A DNA stretch of 38,660 bases, taken from a virus. Lineage: Duplodnaviria > Heunggongvirae > Uroviricota > Caudoviricetes. The position numbers and the translations under genes were made by a program. The DNA lies in the IMG/VR virus record IMGVR_UViG_3300034091_000309; one strand, given 5' to 3'. Shown piece by piece: positions 1 through 8,443 of this stretch; positions within the stretch are counted from its first letter, which is position 1; the number at the start of each line of letters is the position of its first letter. The notes beneath the pieces are model-generated. The model was not told where the DNA came from, searched no databases, and saw only the letters and a list, made by a program, of their open reading frames with translations.

Positions 1-17
1 CAGTGGACAGTGGACAG

Positions 18-50
18 CCACCCCAGCGGCATGGGCCCGCCGCCGGGGGC
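18..50 (+). repeat. Degenerate copy of the CCACCCC..GACC..GGGG hairpin repeat, preceded by CAGTGGA x2
   Basis: ccaccccagcggcatgggcccgccgccggggg resembles the copy at 35452. Confidence 0.5.
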
Positions 51-167
51 GATTTCGCCGGGCCCCGCAGGACGGCGTGAATCGGCCTGAAAGGGCGCTC
101 TAGGATTCGCCAGGAGCGGTTGCCGGGGGCGGGGTGAGGCTATGGCATGGCGGTTTTGAGCAAGGGA

Positions 168-190
168 AGGCCCGGCGCGGGGCCGGGCCT
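168..190. terminator. GC-rich hairpin just downstream of the minus-strand operon
   Basis: aggcccggc/gccgggcct 9-bp inverted repeat; U-tract is weak. Confidence 0.4.
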
Positions 191-213
191 CCAGTGTCCA
201 GATTCCGGACGGG

Positions 214-1503
214 TTACTTTTTTTCAGCGTCCGGGGCGAAGTCGGCGGCGTCGCTGCTCGCGTAGCAGCATCCGTCGCACTCGTAGCGGCGGTCATCGTA
301 GGTGGCAACGTCTGCCGGCTCGGCGAAGTCGGCTACGATCTCGCCGGCCTGGTCCCATCCCTTCAGCTCGTAGGTTGCTTCAGCGTCCACGTGGATGGTG
401 ATAGAGGTACCGCCGCACTTGGGGCAGACGGGGGTAAGGACCGGGGTCTCGCGTTCGATCTGCCGGATATTGGCCTCTTCGCTGAGCCAACTCTCAAAGC
501 CATTTTCCGCTTCGTCCATTTCGACTAGGCCGGTTTTGGCGTTAACGATGATCTGCTCACTTTCGCGCCTCATCAATACCAACTCCCGGCCTTCGATCAT
601 GCGGCGCTCGGTCTCGCGGAAGCCGGTGTAATCCGCTCCGATTCCAAACAGTTGTTTACAGGTCTGGCAATAGGGGAAGCCGGGTCTATTGTCTTCGCCC
701 GCATTGGCTGTAATGGAGGTTCCCCCGCACTTGGGGCAGACAGGGGCAATGTAGGGACCGCCGCTCAAGAGAGAGACGCGGCCCTGGTCATCGGCTCCAA
801 AGTGTTCCTGAGCGTATGCGATGGCCTGGGGCATATCGGAGAAGGTTTTGATAGGTACCCAAGATGCATTGGGGTCATCCGTGGCACAGCCGGGGGTGGG
901 AATGTCGAGCCATACCGGCTCACCATCGCCCATCGGATGCACGGGGCGCTTTGCTTGCTCCGCTTCAAAGGCTACCAGGGCTGCCGCAAAGTCGTTTTCC
1001 GATGCGGCGGGCGGGGCCGGGGGCGGCTCCGCCGGGATGGGGGCGGGTTGGGCGTCCGGCTCTGCCAACTCCTCTGTCGACCGCCATGTGATAAGGCAAC
1101 CGCTCGCCCCGTCTTCATGCACCCAGTCTTCTCCGTCTTTTACGATGGGTTTGTGGCAATGGCGGCACAAGACGGGCGCGGGGGCTTTACTCAGCTCTGC
1201 CAGGTCGATGCGGACGGTTGTGGGCGTTTTGGCGGGGCGCTCCAATACCGGCGTCACGTCAAAGACAGTGGCGGTTGTATCCGGGCTGGTCTGCATTGCT
1301 CTGGCCAGCCGGGCGGCCTCTTCCGGGGAGTCCGCCGTTACATCAATCTCCCACTTCACTCTGTACTCCATGTCGATCCTCGTGTTTCTCCGGCTGGGGC
1401 CGGGGTTGGTTGCGGGTTGCGGGCCGGTCACCCGGCCCTCATGGATGATTGAGTCCGCTGGGATCTGCGCAAGTGTTTTCAGCCTTTCAGTCTGTGAATT
1501 CAT
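214..1503 (-). CDS. Mosaic phage hypothetical protein with several Zn-ribbon motifs
   Basis: 429-aa ORF; PVCPKCGGTSIT occurs twice, plus CRHC, CQTC and CDGC; overlaps the 3' end of the upstream gene. Confidence 0.8.
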   Translation of the reverse strand: MNSQTERLKTLAQIPADSIIHEGRVTGPQPATNPGPSRRNTRIDMEYRVKWEIDVTADSPEEAARLARAMQTSPDTTATVFDVTPVLERPAKTPTTVRIDLAELSKAPAPVLCRHCHKPIVKDGEDWVHEDGASGCLITWRSTEELAEPDAQPAPIPAEPPPAPPAASENDFAAALVAFEAEQAKRPVHPMGDGEPVWLDIPTPGCATDDPNASWVPIKTFSDMPQAIAYAQEHFGADDQGRVSLLSGGPYIAPVCPKCGGTSITANAGEDNRPGFPYCQTCKQLFGIGADYTGFRETERRMIEGRELVLMRRESEQIIVNAKTGLVEMDEAENGFESWLSEEANIRQIERETPVLTPVCPKCGGTSITIHVDAEATYELKGWDQAGEIVADFAEPADVATYDDRRYECDGCCYASSDAADFAPDAEKK

Positions 1504-3301
1504 TGCGGCAGATTTCGCAGCTCTTCAGGTGTTCGCGCATGTGCGTACTGCAATAGGTGCCGCACGGGGTAGCGTAGTAGGGGTCTTCCGGGTTGACCAT
1601 GGTGGTGCATCCCTTATGGCTGCATTGGCAAGGTTGCGCCTCTTCCGGCTCATCGTTTTGGGTATCATGGGGGAGCATCCCGGCGCGGGCCTTGCGGGTT
1701 TGCAGCGGAATCTTTTCCTCTGCGATGGCCGTTTCCCGCTGGAGCTGCTCTGCGTACCATTCCGGCTCGTTCGCTTCGATCCATGCGCGGAGTTCTTCGT
1801 CGATGGCATTCTCGCCGGTCAGGGTGTGATCCCCGCACTCGAACATATCCCAGTCAACAATCATCACGTCGATGTTTTCCGGGCAGGTGTGAATGTTTGC
1901 TACACCTTCATTGATTTCGATAACCACTTGTGCGCGGGGCGGGGCCGGTAGGGTTAATGGTTCGCTGATGGGGTCCAGCACGGCGCGGGCGCGCTCCTTT
2001 GCCGCTGCCACCTCCGGGTCCTCTTCCGGCTGTGAGATTCCGAAGCGGGTCTCCGTAGCGGCATTGACAGCATTCCGCATACACTCCGGGCAGACGGCGA
2101 GATGTTCATCTGTTTGTGGATGGTCAAGGTCTTCCGGCTCGGGGGTTGCCTCTTCTTTGTTTACCCACACCCATGCCGCAACCCATGCGCCTTTCGGCTG
2201 GCCAGCTTCGTTGACTTCGCTTAACGCAGCTTGGTCATCGATCTCAAGGTCATCGTTAGCATAGATGGAGCGCGCCTGGGCAATGTAGGCGGCTTGCTTG
2301 CTATCAGGCGGGGCGGGGGGTTGGGCCGGTCCGCAGTTCAGCTCTTCGCAGAGGGTATCTATGTCATCGGTACCCAGCGGCTCGGGTTGCTTGCCGTCCA
2401 CCACGGGGAAGTGATCCGGCCATGCTTCGTAGATATCCTTGGCCTCGCAGCCTTCGTACTCCCTTTGGAAGAGGCGAAGAGCGCAAAGCACAGTGGCCAG
2501 ATTGCTGGGGTCCGCCAGAGGGTTGGGGGTTGGGGCGGACGCGGCGTTATCGATGGCCGTCTTCAGCGCATCGCGCAGGGCTTTGTCGCCGCCCTTGCTA
2601 AAGGCATCGGTGGTGATGTTCTCCAGAGTTTGCAGTGTTGCTTTGCAGACGGTGAGCAGATCGGGCCGGGTGTTGGGGGATGCGAGATTAAGGAAGGATT
2701 CGGCAAGGTCGGCCAGCTCATGGCCCGCGTCATGCTCCGCATCGTCGGAATCGCCATCGGCGGCTTTTCTCCAAGTGGCAATGGCTTGACGCAGCGCGGC
2801 GGTCTTCGGCGTCTTCTTTGCGGCGGGCTTTGCCGGATGCTTCCGGCCTAGCAGGTCACAGGCGAGTTTCTGAAGGTCATCGGCCTCCGTGTTTCCAGCA
2901 GCGGCCATCTTCACAAAGTCGCGCACTGCGCCGGAAAGTGCGGCGGGTGATGGTTTGGGGAACTTGGCCGGGGGAGGTGGGAGCTGCTTTCCCTTGCGCC
3001 CCGCCTCTTCCCGGTAGTGGTATGCGGCGACATGCAAACGGCTCATAAAGTCGATGCCGTCCCGGTCGCAGAGGTGGGCGAGTTGGCAGAGGAGGTCAGA
3101 GAGATTCTGACGCTTGAGGTCGAGGCGCTGTGCCTTGGTCATGCCGGGCCTGGGCTTTTCGCCAGCGGTTTGGGTGTAATGCTTGAGTGTTGCGTCTGCC
3201 CACTTCGCCCGTAGGGCTTTCATCCGGGCGGGATCATCGCTACTGTTTTTACGCAGGATGCGCTCGGCGCGGGATGCCAGCTTGCTTTTCTTGGGGTTCA
3301 T
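1487..3301 (-). CDS. Mosaic multidomain phage early protein
   Basis: 604-aa ORF with SD (gagga); segments LSDLLCQLAHLCDRDGIDF and IYANDDLEIDD..GAWVAAWVWV resemble small phage hypothetical domains; Cys/His-rich C-terminus. Confidence 0.8.
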   Translation of the reverse strand: MNPKKSKLASRAERILRKNSSDDPARMKALRAKWADATLKHYTQTAGEKPRPGMTKAQRLDLKRQNLSDLLCQLAHLCDRDGIDFMSRLHVAAYHYREEAGRKGKQLPPPPAKFPKPSPAALSGAVRDFVKMAAAGNTEADDLQKLACDLLGRKHPAKPAAKKTPKTAALRQAIATWRKAADGDSDDAEHDAGHELADLAESFLNLASPNTRPDLLTVCKATLQTLENITTDAFSKGGDKALRDALKTAIDNAASAPTPNPLADPSNLATVLCALRLFQREYEGCEAKDIYEAWPDHFPVVDGKQPEPLGTDDIDTLCEELNCGPAQPPAPPDSKQAAYIAQARSIYANDDLEIDDQAALSEVNEAGQPKGAWVAAWVWVNKEEATPEPEDLDHPQTDEHLAVCPECMRNAVNAATETRFGISQPEEDPEVAAAKERARAVLDPISEPLTLPAPPRAQVVIEINEGVANIHTCPENIDVMIVDWDMFECGDHTLTGENAIDEELRAWIEANEPEWYAEQLQRETAIAEEKIPLQTRKARAGMLPHDTQNDEPEEAQPCQCSHKGCTTMVNPEDPYYATPCGTYCSTHMREHLKSCEICRNEFTD

Positions 3302-3350
3302 TCTTTCCTCGGGTTTCTGCCCGCCGTGGCGGGCGGTTGGTTTGGTTCGC

Positions 3351-3410
3351 TATCAAATGGGCCGGTATCAAAGTGGCCCCGCTATCAAAGGCCCGCTATC
3401 AAGGGCCGGT
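3351..3410 (+). repeat. Four short tandem TATCAA(A)..GGCC units
   Basis: TATCAA at 3351, 3366, 3383 and 3397. Confidence 0.75.
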
Positions 3411-3460
3411 GGGTGTCCAGAATCCGGACGCCGGGCCGGGGCCGGGCGGGCCGGGGGTGT

Positions 3461-3676
3461 TTATCGCAGGTGGAGTGTATCGCCATTTTTTGAGACCGCA
3501 ACCCAACCAAACAGGGTAGAGTCCCGGCGGACGTTATGCACAGGCCCGAAACGTTGCAAGGCCAGACCGTCTAGCAGGGCGCGCACGTCAGTGCGGAGTG
3601 TGACCCTTGCCCGGTGTATGGGCTTTTCTACGATCTGGCCCGCTTCCATGGTGGTAAGGATTACGTCAAAGGTCAT
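3461..3676 (-). CDS. Small hypothetical protein
   Basis: 71-aa ORF, co-oriented, with SD-like gaggg upstream. Confidence 0.65.
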   Translation of the reverse strand: MTFDVILTTMEAGQIVEKPIHRARVTLRTDVRALLDGLALQRFGPVHNVRRDSTLFGWVAVSKNGDTLHLR

Positions 3677-3704
3677 CAGGGTTAGTTGCCCTCTTTCGGT
3701 GTTG

Positions 3705-3758
3705 CCCGTTTCATCCTTTCGGGAATCATCGGCCCGGAGTGAAGAATCCGGAGACGGG
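3705..3758 (-). ncRNA. Candidate type III hammerhead ribozyme (variant core)
   Basis: Minus strand reads CCCGUC / UCCGGA-8nt-UCCGGG / CCGAUGA / UUCC-CGAAA-GGAU / GAAACGGG, i.e. stem III, GUC site, stem I, core, stem II, GAAA, stem III. Confidence 0.55.
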
Positions 3759-3788
3759 GCGGGCGGGGTTCCCCCCGCCCGGTTGAGG

Positions 3789-4973
3789 TTAGAAGTTAAT
3801 CGAGAGTATCCGGCCCGCTGCCTGGTCGATGGCCGTGCGGGTATCGGCGAAGGGGACCGTCTGAGAGTGGCGGGTGAGACCTTGGACGATTCCCCATACA
3901 GAAGAGGGCGAGCCGTCTTGCTCGGGAATTGTAGCGTCGTAACCCGCTTCCAGCGTCTTGCGGGGGAGGTTCACAGCGCGCATTCCAAAGAGGCGATCTA
4001 GGACCTGCTCTTTCGTCTCGCCGATGAAGACGCGGCGGGCTTCAGAGATTTTCAGCTCGTCCTGATCGGCGCCCTGGTTCAGATACCGCTGTAACTCTGC
4101 TTCGTAATGGTGCCAGCGGAGACGGGCAGTTCCGACGTGTCGGACGTTGATCTCCAGAACATCGGATGCTCCCCAGATGATGTGGTTTCCGCACATGGCC
4201 CGGTAGAGGAAACGCACCAGCTTCAGGGCCGATGCGCCCACCTCAGAGTTTTGTACAATCACGCCCCGCTGTAGGCCGTCTGGATTGCCCGGTTCACGGA
4301 CAATGGCGGTATCGTTCCGAACGAATGCAAACATATCGTGATCGGAAGCGTAGAGGGCGGGTAGAGCCTTGCCCGTACCTTTGCAGGTGGAGCAAGGGGC
4401 GGGAAGACAGGGAGACGTTAACGGGCCGGGAAGAGCGGGGGCCGTGCCGGTCCCGTTGCAGGTTTGGCAGATGGTAGGGTCCCCGCCGTCAAAGCGTTTA
4501 TCGGGGCGGGCGGGCGTCCATCCTTGCGCCTCAAGTTGTAGCAACCTCTCCGCCACCTCGTAATTCCAGATGCGGGCGTATTCATCGGAGGTAAAAGCCC
4601 GGAGCAGCAGACCTGCGTTATTGTGAAAAAGCAGGTTTGCAATGTCCGAGCGGTCCGCATACTTGGCCAGACCGTGGTTCAGGTTTTGACAGGCCAGAGT
4701 GGCGGGCAGTTCCCGGAGGTAGGATGCGGGCGCGCCCACTCGGGCGGAAAGTTGGCCGAATGCCCAGTGAGTGAGTAGGGCGGGGATGTTGGTCCGGCCT
4801 ACCAGTTGAACGTTCCCGTCTATCGCTTCCGTGCGGATGGTGGAGACGGGTACTTTCGTTTCGCGGGCGGATGCCGCGTAGAGTTTGGTTGCGTCATAGA
4901 GCGATTGGAGACTTTCAAACCGTTCATCGGCGGGGCGAGTAGCCCACTGTTGATGTGCGTGAAACAGTTCCAT
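3789..4973 (-). CDS. DUF932-family phage/plasmid protein with inserted CxxCxGxG Zn finger
   Basis: QWATRPADERF, LTHWAFGQL, LYASDHDMF, NSEVGASALKLVRFLYRAMCGNHIIWG and VRHVG motifs match DUF932 as I recall it. Confidence 0.8.
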   Translation of the reverse strand: MELFHAHQQWATRPADERFESLQSLYDATKLYAASARETKVPVSTIRTEAIDGNVQLVGRTNIPALLTHWAFGQLSARVGAPASYLRELPATLACQNLNHGLAKYADRSDIANLLFHNNAGLLLRAFTSDEYARIWNYEVAERLLQLEAQGWTPARPDKRFDGGDPTICQTCNGTGTAPALPGPLTSPCLPAPCSTCKGTGKALPALYASDHDMFAFVRNDTAIVREPGNPDGLQRGVIVQNSEVGASALKLVRFLYRAMCGNHIIWGASDVLEINVRHVGTARLRWHHYEAELQRYLNQGADQDELKISEARRVFIGETKEQVLDRLFGMRAVNLPRKTLEAGYDATIPEQDGSPSSVWGIVQGLTRHSQTVPFADTRTAIDQAAGRILSINF

Positions 4974-5038
4974 GGGGTGACCTTTCCGGGCAACTGTGAG
5001 CCTTGATGCGCTCTACCGTGCCCTGTGCGACTAGGGAT

Positions 5039-5068
5039 AGCTTAGGCCAAGTGATATTAGAGTGTCAA
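5039..5068 (-). promoter_or_regulatory. Sigma70-type leftward promoter
   Basis: Minus strand TTGACA-N18-TAAGCT about 65 nt upstream of the DUF932 start. Confidence 0.65.
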
Positions 5069-5309
5069 GTGTAATCGTGACTATATTACGGTTTATTCTG
5101 CATCCGTTCCCATAATGGCAGATAGGCCCGGCACACCTATATATAAGGATACGGGGTGTGCGGTTGCCCATCCGGGCGGGATGCTATACCGCCCTGGTCT
5201 GGCGGAGGTGACGGGCGGGGGTGACGCGGAAAGGGGCGGAGAGAGTAAGCCCTTGGGCGGGGCGGGGCGGTTTGATGGTCCCCTATCAAAGCGGGCGCAG
5301 CGTATCAGC

Positions 5310-5332
5310 GGGGCGGGGCGGGCGGGGCGGGG
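5310..5332 (+). other. Potential G-quadruplex
   Basis: GGGG-C-GGGG-C-GGG-C-GGGG-C-GGGG. Confidence 0.6.
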
Positions 5333-5623
5333 TATCCGGCGGGGGATGACCAGGACGCGGGCGGGGGTATCGTTTGGTGCTACTTTGCCGGGCGGGGCGG
5401 GTTGCGCGCTGAATTGGCGGGGGTTGGGGGTTGGTAGGAATCCCGCCCCAGCATTCAGACGGGGCGGGGCGGGATGGCCGGATGCACGGCGGGCGGTTGG
5501 CCAGGGCGGGGGTTGGCAGCTCGGGCGGGCCAGCGGCGGGGCGGGAGTTGTCCGGCACCCCCCCCCGCGCGACGGCATTGACGCCTCAGAGAGCCCTTGT
5601 TTCCTATAAGCCGAAAACGAAAG

Positions 5624-5745
5624 GCGCACTTTAAGCGCAGGGTATTATTCAAAAAATTCTAGCAGAGAAAAGTTAGAAGCGCACTTTAAGCGCAGCTTAA
5701 AAATTAGGGTTGACGTGTAACTGAGATAGGCGCAGGGTTAGCGCA
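5624..5745 (+). promoter_or_regulatory. Three GCGCA-N6-GCGCA boxes plus rightward promoter
   Basis: Boxes at 5624, 5679 and 5730 (first two identical over 17 nt); TTGACG(5710)-N17-CAGGGT(5733). Confidence 0.6.
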
Positions 5746-5780
5746 CAGGTTCCACGTGGAACTTGGGAGAACGCCGTTCC

Positions 5781-6014
5781 ATGCCGAGGCCGAAGCCAAA
5801 CGAAGAGGATCTGGAAGAACGACGAGTACGCAAGCAGGAGTGGCTGAAATTCCGTAAGGACTATTTGTTTACACAAGTCAAGCTGGCAGAGGTTCTAGGA
5901 ATCAGCCGACGCTCGGTGCAGAAGATCGAGGCTTGCATCTGCACACCACTGCCCGGCACACTGCGCAAGTTTTTGGCGCTGAAGGCAAAGTACAACGAGG
6001 GAAAGGCGGCATAG
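5781..6014 (+). CDS. XRE/Cro-like HTH transcriptional regulator
   Basis: FTQVKLAEVLGISRRSVQKIE HTH signature; ATG at 5781 after ggaga. Confidence 0.85.
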   Translation: MPRPKPNEEDLEERRVRKQEWLKFRKDYLFTQVKLAEVLGISRRSVQKIEACICTPLPGTLRKFLALKAKYNEGKAA

Positions 6015-6015
6015 A

Positions 6016-6210
6016 GTGAGTTTGAAACTAACAGGCTCGGTTTACGTCAAGAAATCCCCCTTCGAAGACTGCCCCGACGCCTACCTCTGTATCGACACAA
6101 AAGAACAACAAGCAGTCATCCTCAGCCTAAGCAATAAGGATGAAATGTCTGGACTACAAATCCTGGCAGATGCTTTGAATAAATGGGCAGGAAAGACAGT
6201 GGAACCATGA
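6016..6210 (+). CDS. Hypothetical protein
   Basis: 64-aa GTG ORF tightly packed in the operon. Confidence 0.6.
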   Translation: MSLKLTGSVYVKKSPFEDCPDAYLCIDTKEQQAVILSLSNKDEMSGLQILADALNKWAGKTVEP

Positions 6211-6482
6211 AGATCCAAGTAATGCGCTGCGACGGCCGAACAGAAACACTCACCCTGATTGGAACGATCCGAGCTGGAGAAGCGGCGCCGAACGGACAGG
6301 GTAGTCTGCTGATCGAATCAACCGGAACGACGCACTTCTTCCGCGCCGAGGACGGAGCCTACGACGGGTGGGGCATAGAGGTGGCAGAAATCGACGGCGG
6401 GCTCAACAAAGAGGACATGCTCAAGTTTATCAACGCAGTAGAAAAGGACCGCGAGATTCACAACACAGGAGAGGTGGCATAA
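6207..6482 (+). CDS. Hypothetical protein
   Basis: ATG at 6207 overlaps the upstream TGA (ATGA). Confidence 0.7.
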   Translation: MKIQVMRCDGRTETLTLIGTIRAGEAAPNGQGSLLIESTGTTHFFRAEDGAYDGWGIEVAEIDGGLNKEDMLKFINAVEKDREIHNTGEVA

Positions 6483-6483
6483 C

Positions 6484-6879
6484 GTGGACGACGATTACGT
6501 GGAAGGGTTAACGGGAGAAGAGATCATTTACGACCTGCTGGAACAAGTGGAAACGAAGCTGCGAGGGGACTGCAATCTGCGAGATACGGACGCCTATACC
6601 GGCGGCTACGACGGGTGGATCGAGGTCCACCTGAATCTACATGGGCTGGACACGGCACAGGTTCACACCAAGATCATCAAAGGAACAGCAAGCGAGGACC
6701 CAAACGCAAAGAAGGTCGACGCCCGTGTGGAAATCGAGCTGGAGCCGCGGCTGAACATGGTACGAGAACGCAGCGGCCAGGAAATACCCAGCCTGGGCAA
6801 GGATGAAACCGGCAGAACGGTGGTGAAGAAACACCGCTACGCCAAGAAACCAAAAAAGGCCGGCACAGAGAACTCATGA
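6484..6879 (+). CDS. Hypothetical protein
   Basis: 131 aa, SD gaggtgg, acidic N-terminus and basic C-terminus. Confidence 0.75.
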   Translation: MDDDYVEGLTGEEIIYDLLEQVETKLRGDCNLRDTDAYTGGYDGWIEVHLNLHGLDTAQVHTKIIKGTASEDPNAKKVDARVEIELEPRLNMVRERSGQEIPSLGKDETGRTVVKKHRYAKKPKKAGTENS

Positions 6880-7205
6880 TCGATTACCTGCAGCCGAAGG
6901 ATGGCGCCGTACTCCCCGGCGAGGAACGCAGGGAGAAGATCTATGCCGAAGATCAGCCAGCCTACAAGCCCTTGCGGACCCTGAAAAGCCTGGGACCCGA
7001 CGGCGCCGTACTCTCGCGCTGGTCTCCAACGGAGGAGCAGCGAAAGGCTATCGCCGACGGCAAGGACATCTTCCTAGAACTGCTGACCTTCAACCACCCT
7101 CTGCAGCCGATCCTGATGTTCGTTGCCGGCGATGAGAATACAGCAGAGGTCAAAGACCACCTGTGGCCCTTGACGCACCAGGTTTTTGAACGGCCGGCAG
7201 GATAA
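6876..7205 (+). CDS. Conserved phage hypothetical protein
   Basis: ATGA coupling; SRWSPTEEQRKAIADG..LLTFNHPLQPI resembles a recurring phage hypothetical family. Confidence 0.75.
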   Translation: MIDYLQPKDGAVLPGEERREKIYAEDQPAYKPLRTLKSLGPDGAVLSRWSPTEEQRKAIADGKDIFLELLTFNHPLQPILMFVAGDENTAEVKDHLWPLTHQVFERPAG

Positions 7206-7214
7206 GGAAGATTC

Positions 7215-7667
7215 ATGTCGGAAAAACGGCTTCGCGCGATTGAAGAGCATGTGCGGGAGAACACGCTCCTGCTGCGCGAGATTCTCAGATACCTCATGCA
7301 ATGCAACCGCGTCTTGGGCGGCGTCATGACCCAAGTTGGAGATCCAATGGCTCTGCTTCCCATCGCACCAGGCAACAGCCCGCAGTTTGAAGTCACACCG
7401 CTTCCCGCTGGCGTAACGACGCTGGCGGCCTCGACGGCGTGGACCAGCTCCGATACCGTCAACGCTCCGGTCACCCAGAACGCCTCCGACCCGACCGGCT
7501 TGAGCGCCACCGTCAACCTGCCTTCCACGGCGAGTGCGGGAGATACGTTCACCTTGACCTGGACCTACACCAACGCAGATGGAACCACGGCAACGGCGAC
7601 GGCAACCTTCACCATCGTCGCCCTGCTCACCGACGTGACCGGCGGCTCCATCGCCCAATCGGTCTAA
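7215..7667 (+). CDS. Hypothetical protein with Ig-like beta-rich C-terminus
   Basis: Thr/Ala-rich beta-strand pattern (AWTSSD, FTLTWTYT, ATFTIV). Confidence 0.7.
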   Translation: MSEKRLRAIEEHVRENTLLLREILRYLMQCNRVLGGVMTQVGDPMALLPIAPGNSPQFEVTPLPAGVTTLAASTAWTSSDTVNAPVTQNASDPTGLSATVNLPSTASAGDTFTLTWTYTNADGTTATATATFTIVALLTDVTGGSIAQSV

Positions 7668-7688
7668 CAAGTTCCCGGCCGGGGGAAG

Positions 7689-7797
7689 ATGCGCGGGCCG
7701 AGGGATGCTGGCCGCTGAGGAGCGAAGGCGGCCGGTAAATAGGCTTTCGAGCCGAATAATTCAATAGCTCCTTGCTCGGTAGGGACGGCCCGCGCAT
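7689..7797 (+). ncRNA. Candidate structured intergenic RNA
   Basis: 12-bp perfect closing stem, 9-bp hairpin, UUCG hairpin and 7-bp loop-tail pseudoknot. Confidence 0.45.
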
Positions 7798-7854
7798 GGA
7801 AGTTAAGCAGAAACCCTCAAGCGGCAATAGAATACGAGGTGAGGGGGAAAGACA

Positions 7855-8160
7855 ATGAAACATTGGTTCGCAGTTTTGGTGCTGGCATCAACAATGCCAG
7901 CGTGGACGCAGCAGGCATCCCAGCAGACGCCTGCTCCGCCGCCGCAGTTGAGCACAGCAGAGCACATCGCCATCCAAGCCTGCGAGAAGAGCAAGCAGGA
8001 TGCGCAGAAGCAATGGCAGGACGCCGAGCAACAGGAACTTACCATTTTGAGGGAATGGGATTCGGCGCATCCGGGCTTCCACATCAACCAGCAGACCTTC
8101 GCTGTGGAAGCCGACCCGCCGAAGCCGGTAGTAAAGCCGGCGTTGCCAACAAAGAAATAG
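7855..8160 (+). CDS. Secreted hypothetical protein
   Basis: Signal peptide MKHWFAVLVLASTMPAWT|Q followed by a coiled-coil segment. Confidence 0.75.
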   Translation: MKHWFAVLVLASTMPAWTQQASQQTPAPPPQLSTAEHIAIQACEKSKQDAQKQWQDAEQQELTILREWDSAHPGFHINQQTFAVEADPPKPVVKPALPTKK

Positions 8161-8167
8161 GCCCAAG

Positions 8168-8443
8168 ATGAAACCAAGTAAGCTGGCATGGCTGGAATGG
8201 CTGGCAAGCATCTTCGACTGGCATATCGTCCGCCACCGTACCTGCCGGTTGTGCCGCAGACGCATTCTCAAGACGGACAAGTACCGCCATGTCAAGGTAG
8301 GGCCGTTCTGGGTGGATCGCGTGGAGCACAAGGACTGCAAAAACCCGACGCTGGAGACGCCCTGGCAACTAGCTGAGAGGCTGGGGCCGGAGTTGCCCTT
8401 CGAGACCCCAGCCCCAGAGAAGAAGGAGAGCGTGATCCAATGA
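8168..8443 (+). CDS. Small hypothetical protein, possible Zn binder
   Basis: CRLC...HKDC. Confidence 0.65.
   Translation: MKPSKLAWLEWLASIFDWHIVRHRTCRLCRRRILKTDKYRHVKVGPFWVDRVEHKDCKNPTLETPWQLAERLGPELPFETPAPEKKESVIQ

Noticed and set aside
652-3519. Long plus-strand ORFs (652-1452, 821-1951, 2231-2851, 3183-4001 and others)
   Set aside because: They are antisense shadows of the minus-strand genes, with no SD or domain motifs
5093-5652. ORFs on both strands in the G-rich region
   Set aside because: They are low-complexity Pro/Arg/Gly translations of GGGC repeats
7715-7730. CUGAGGA hammerhead core; also pistol, SAH and HDV-like readings of the 7689 element
   Set aside because: There is no room for stem II before GAA, and the stem order or conserved nucleotides of the other classes are not met
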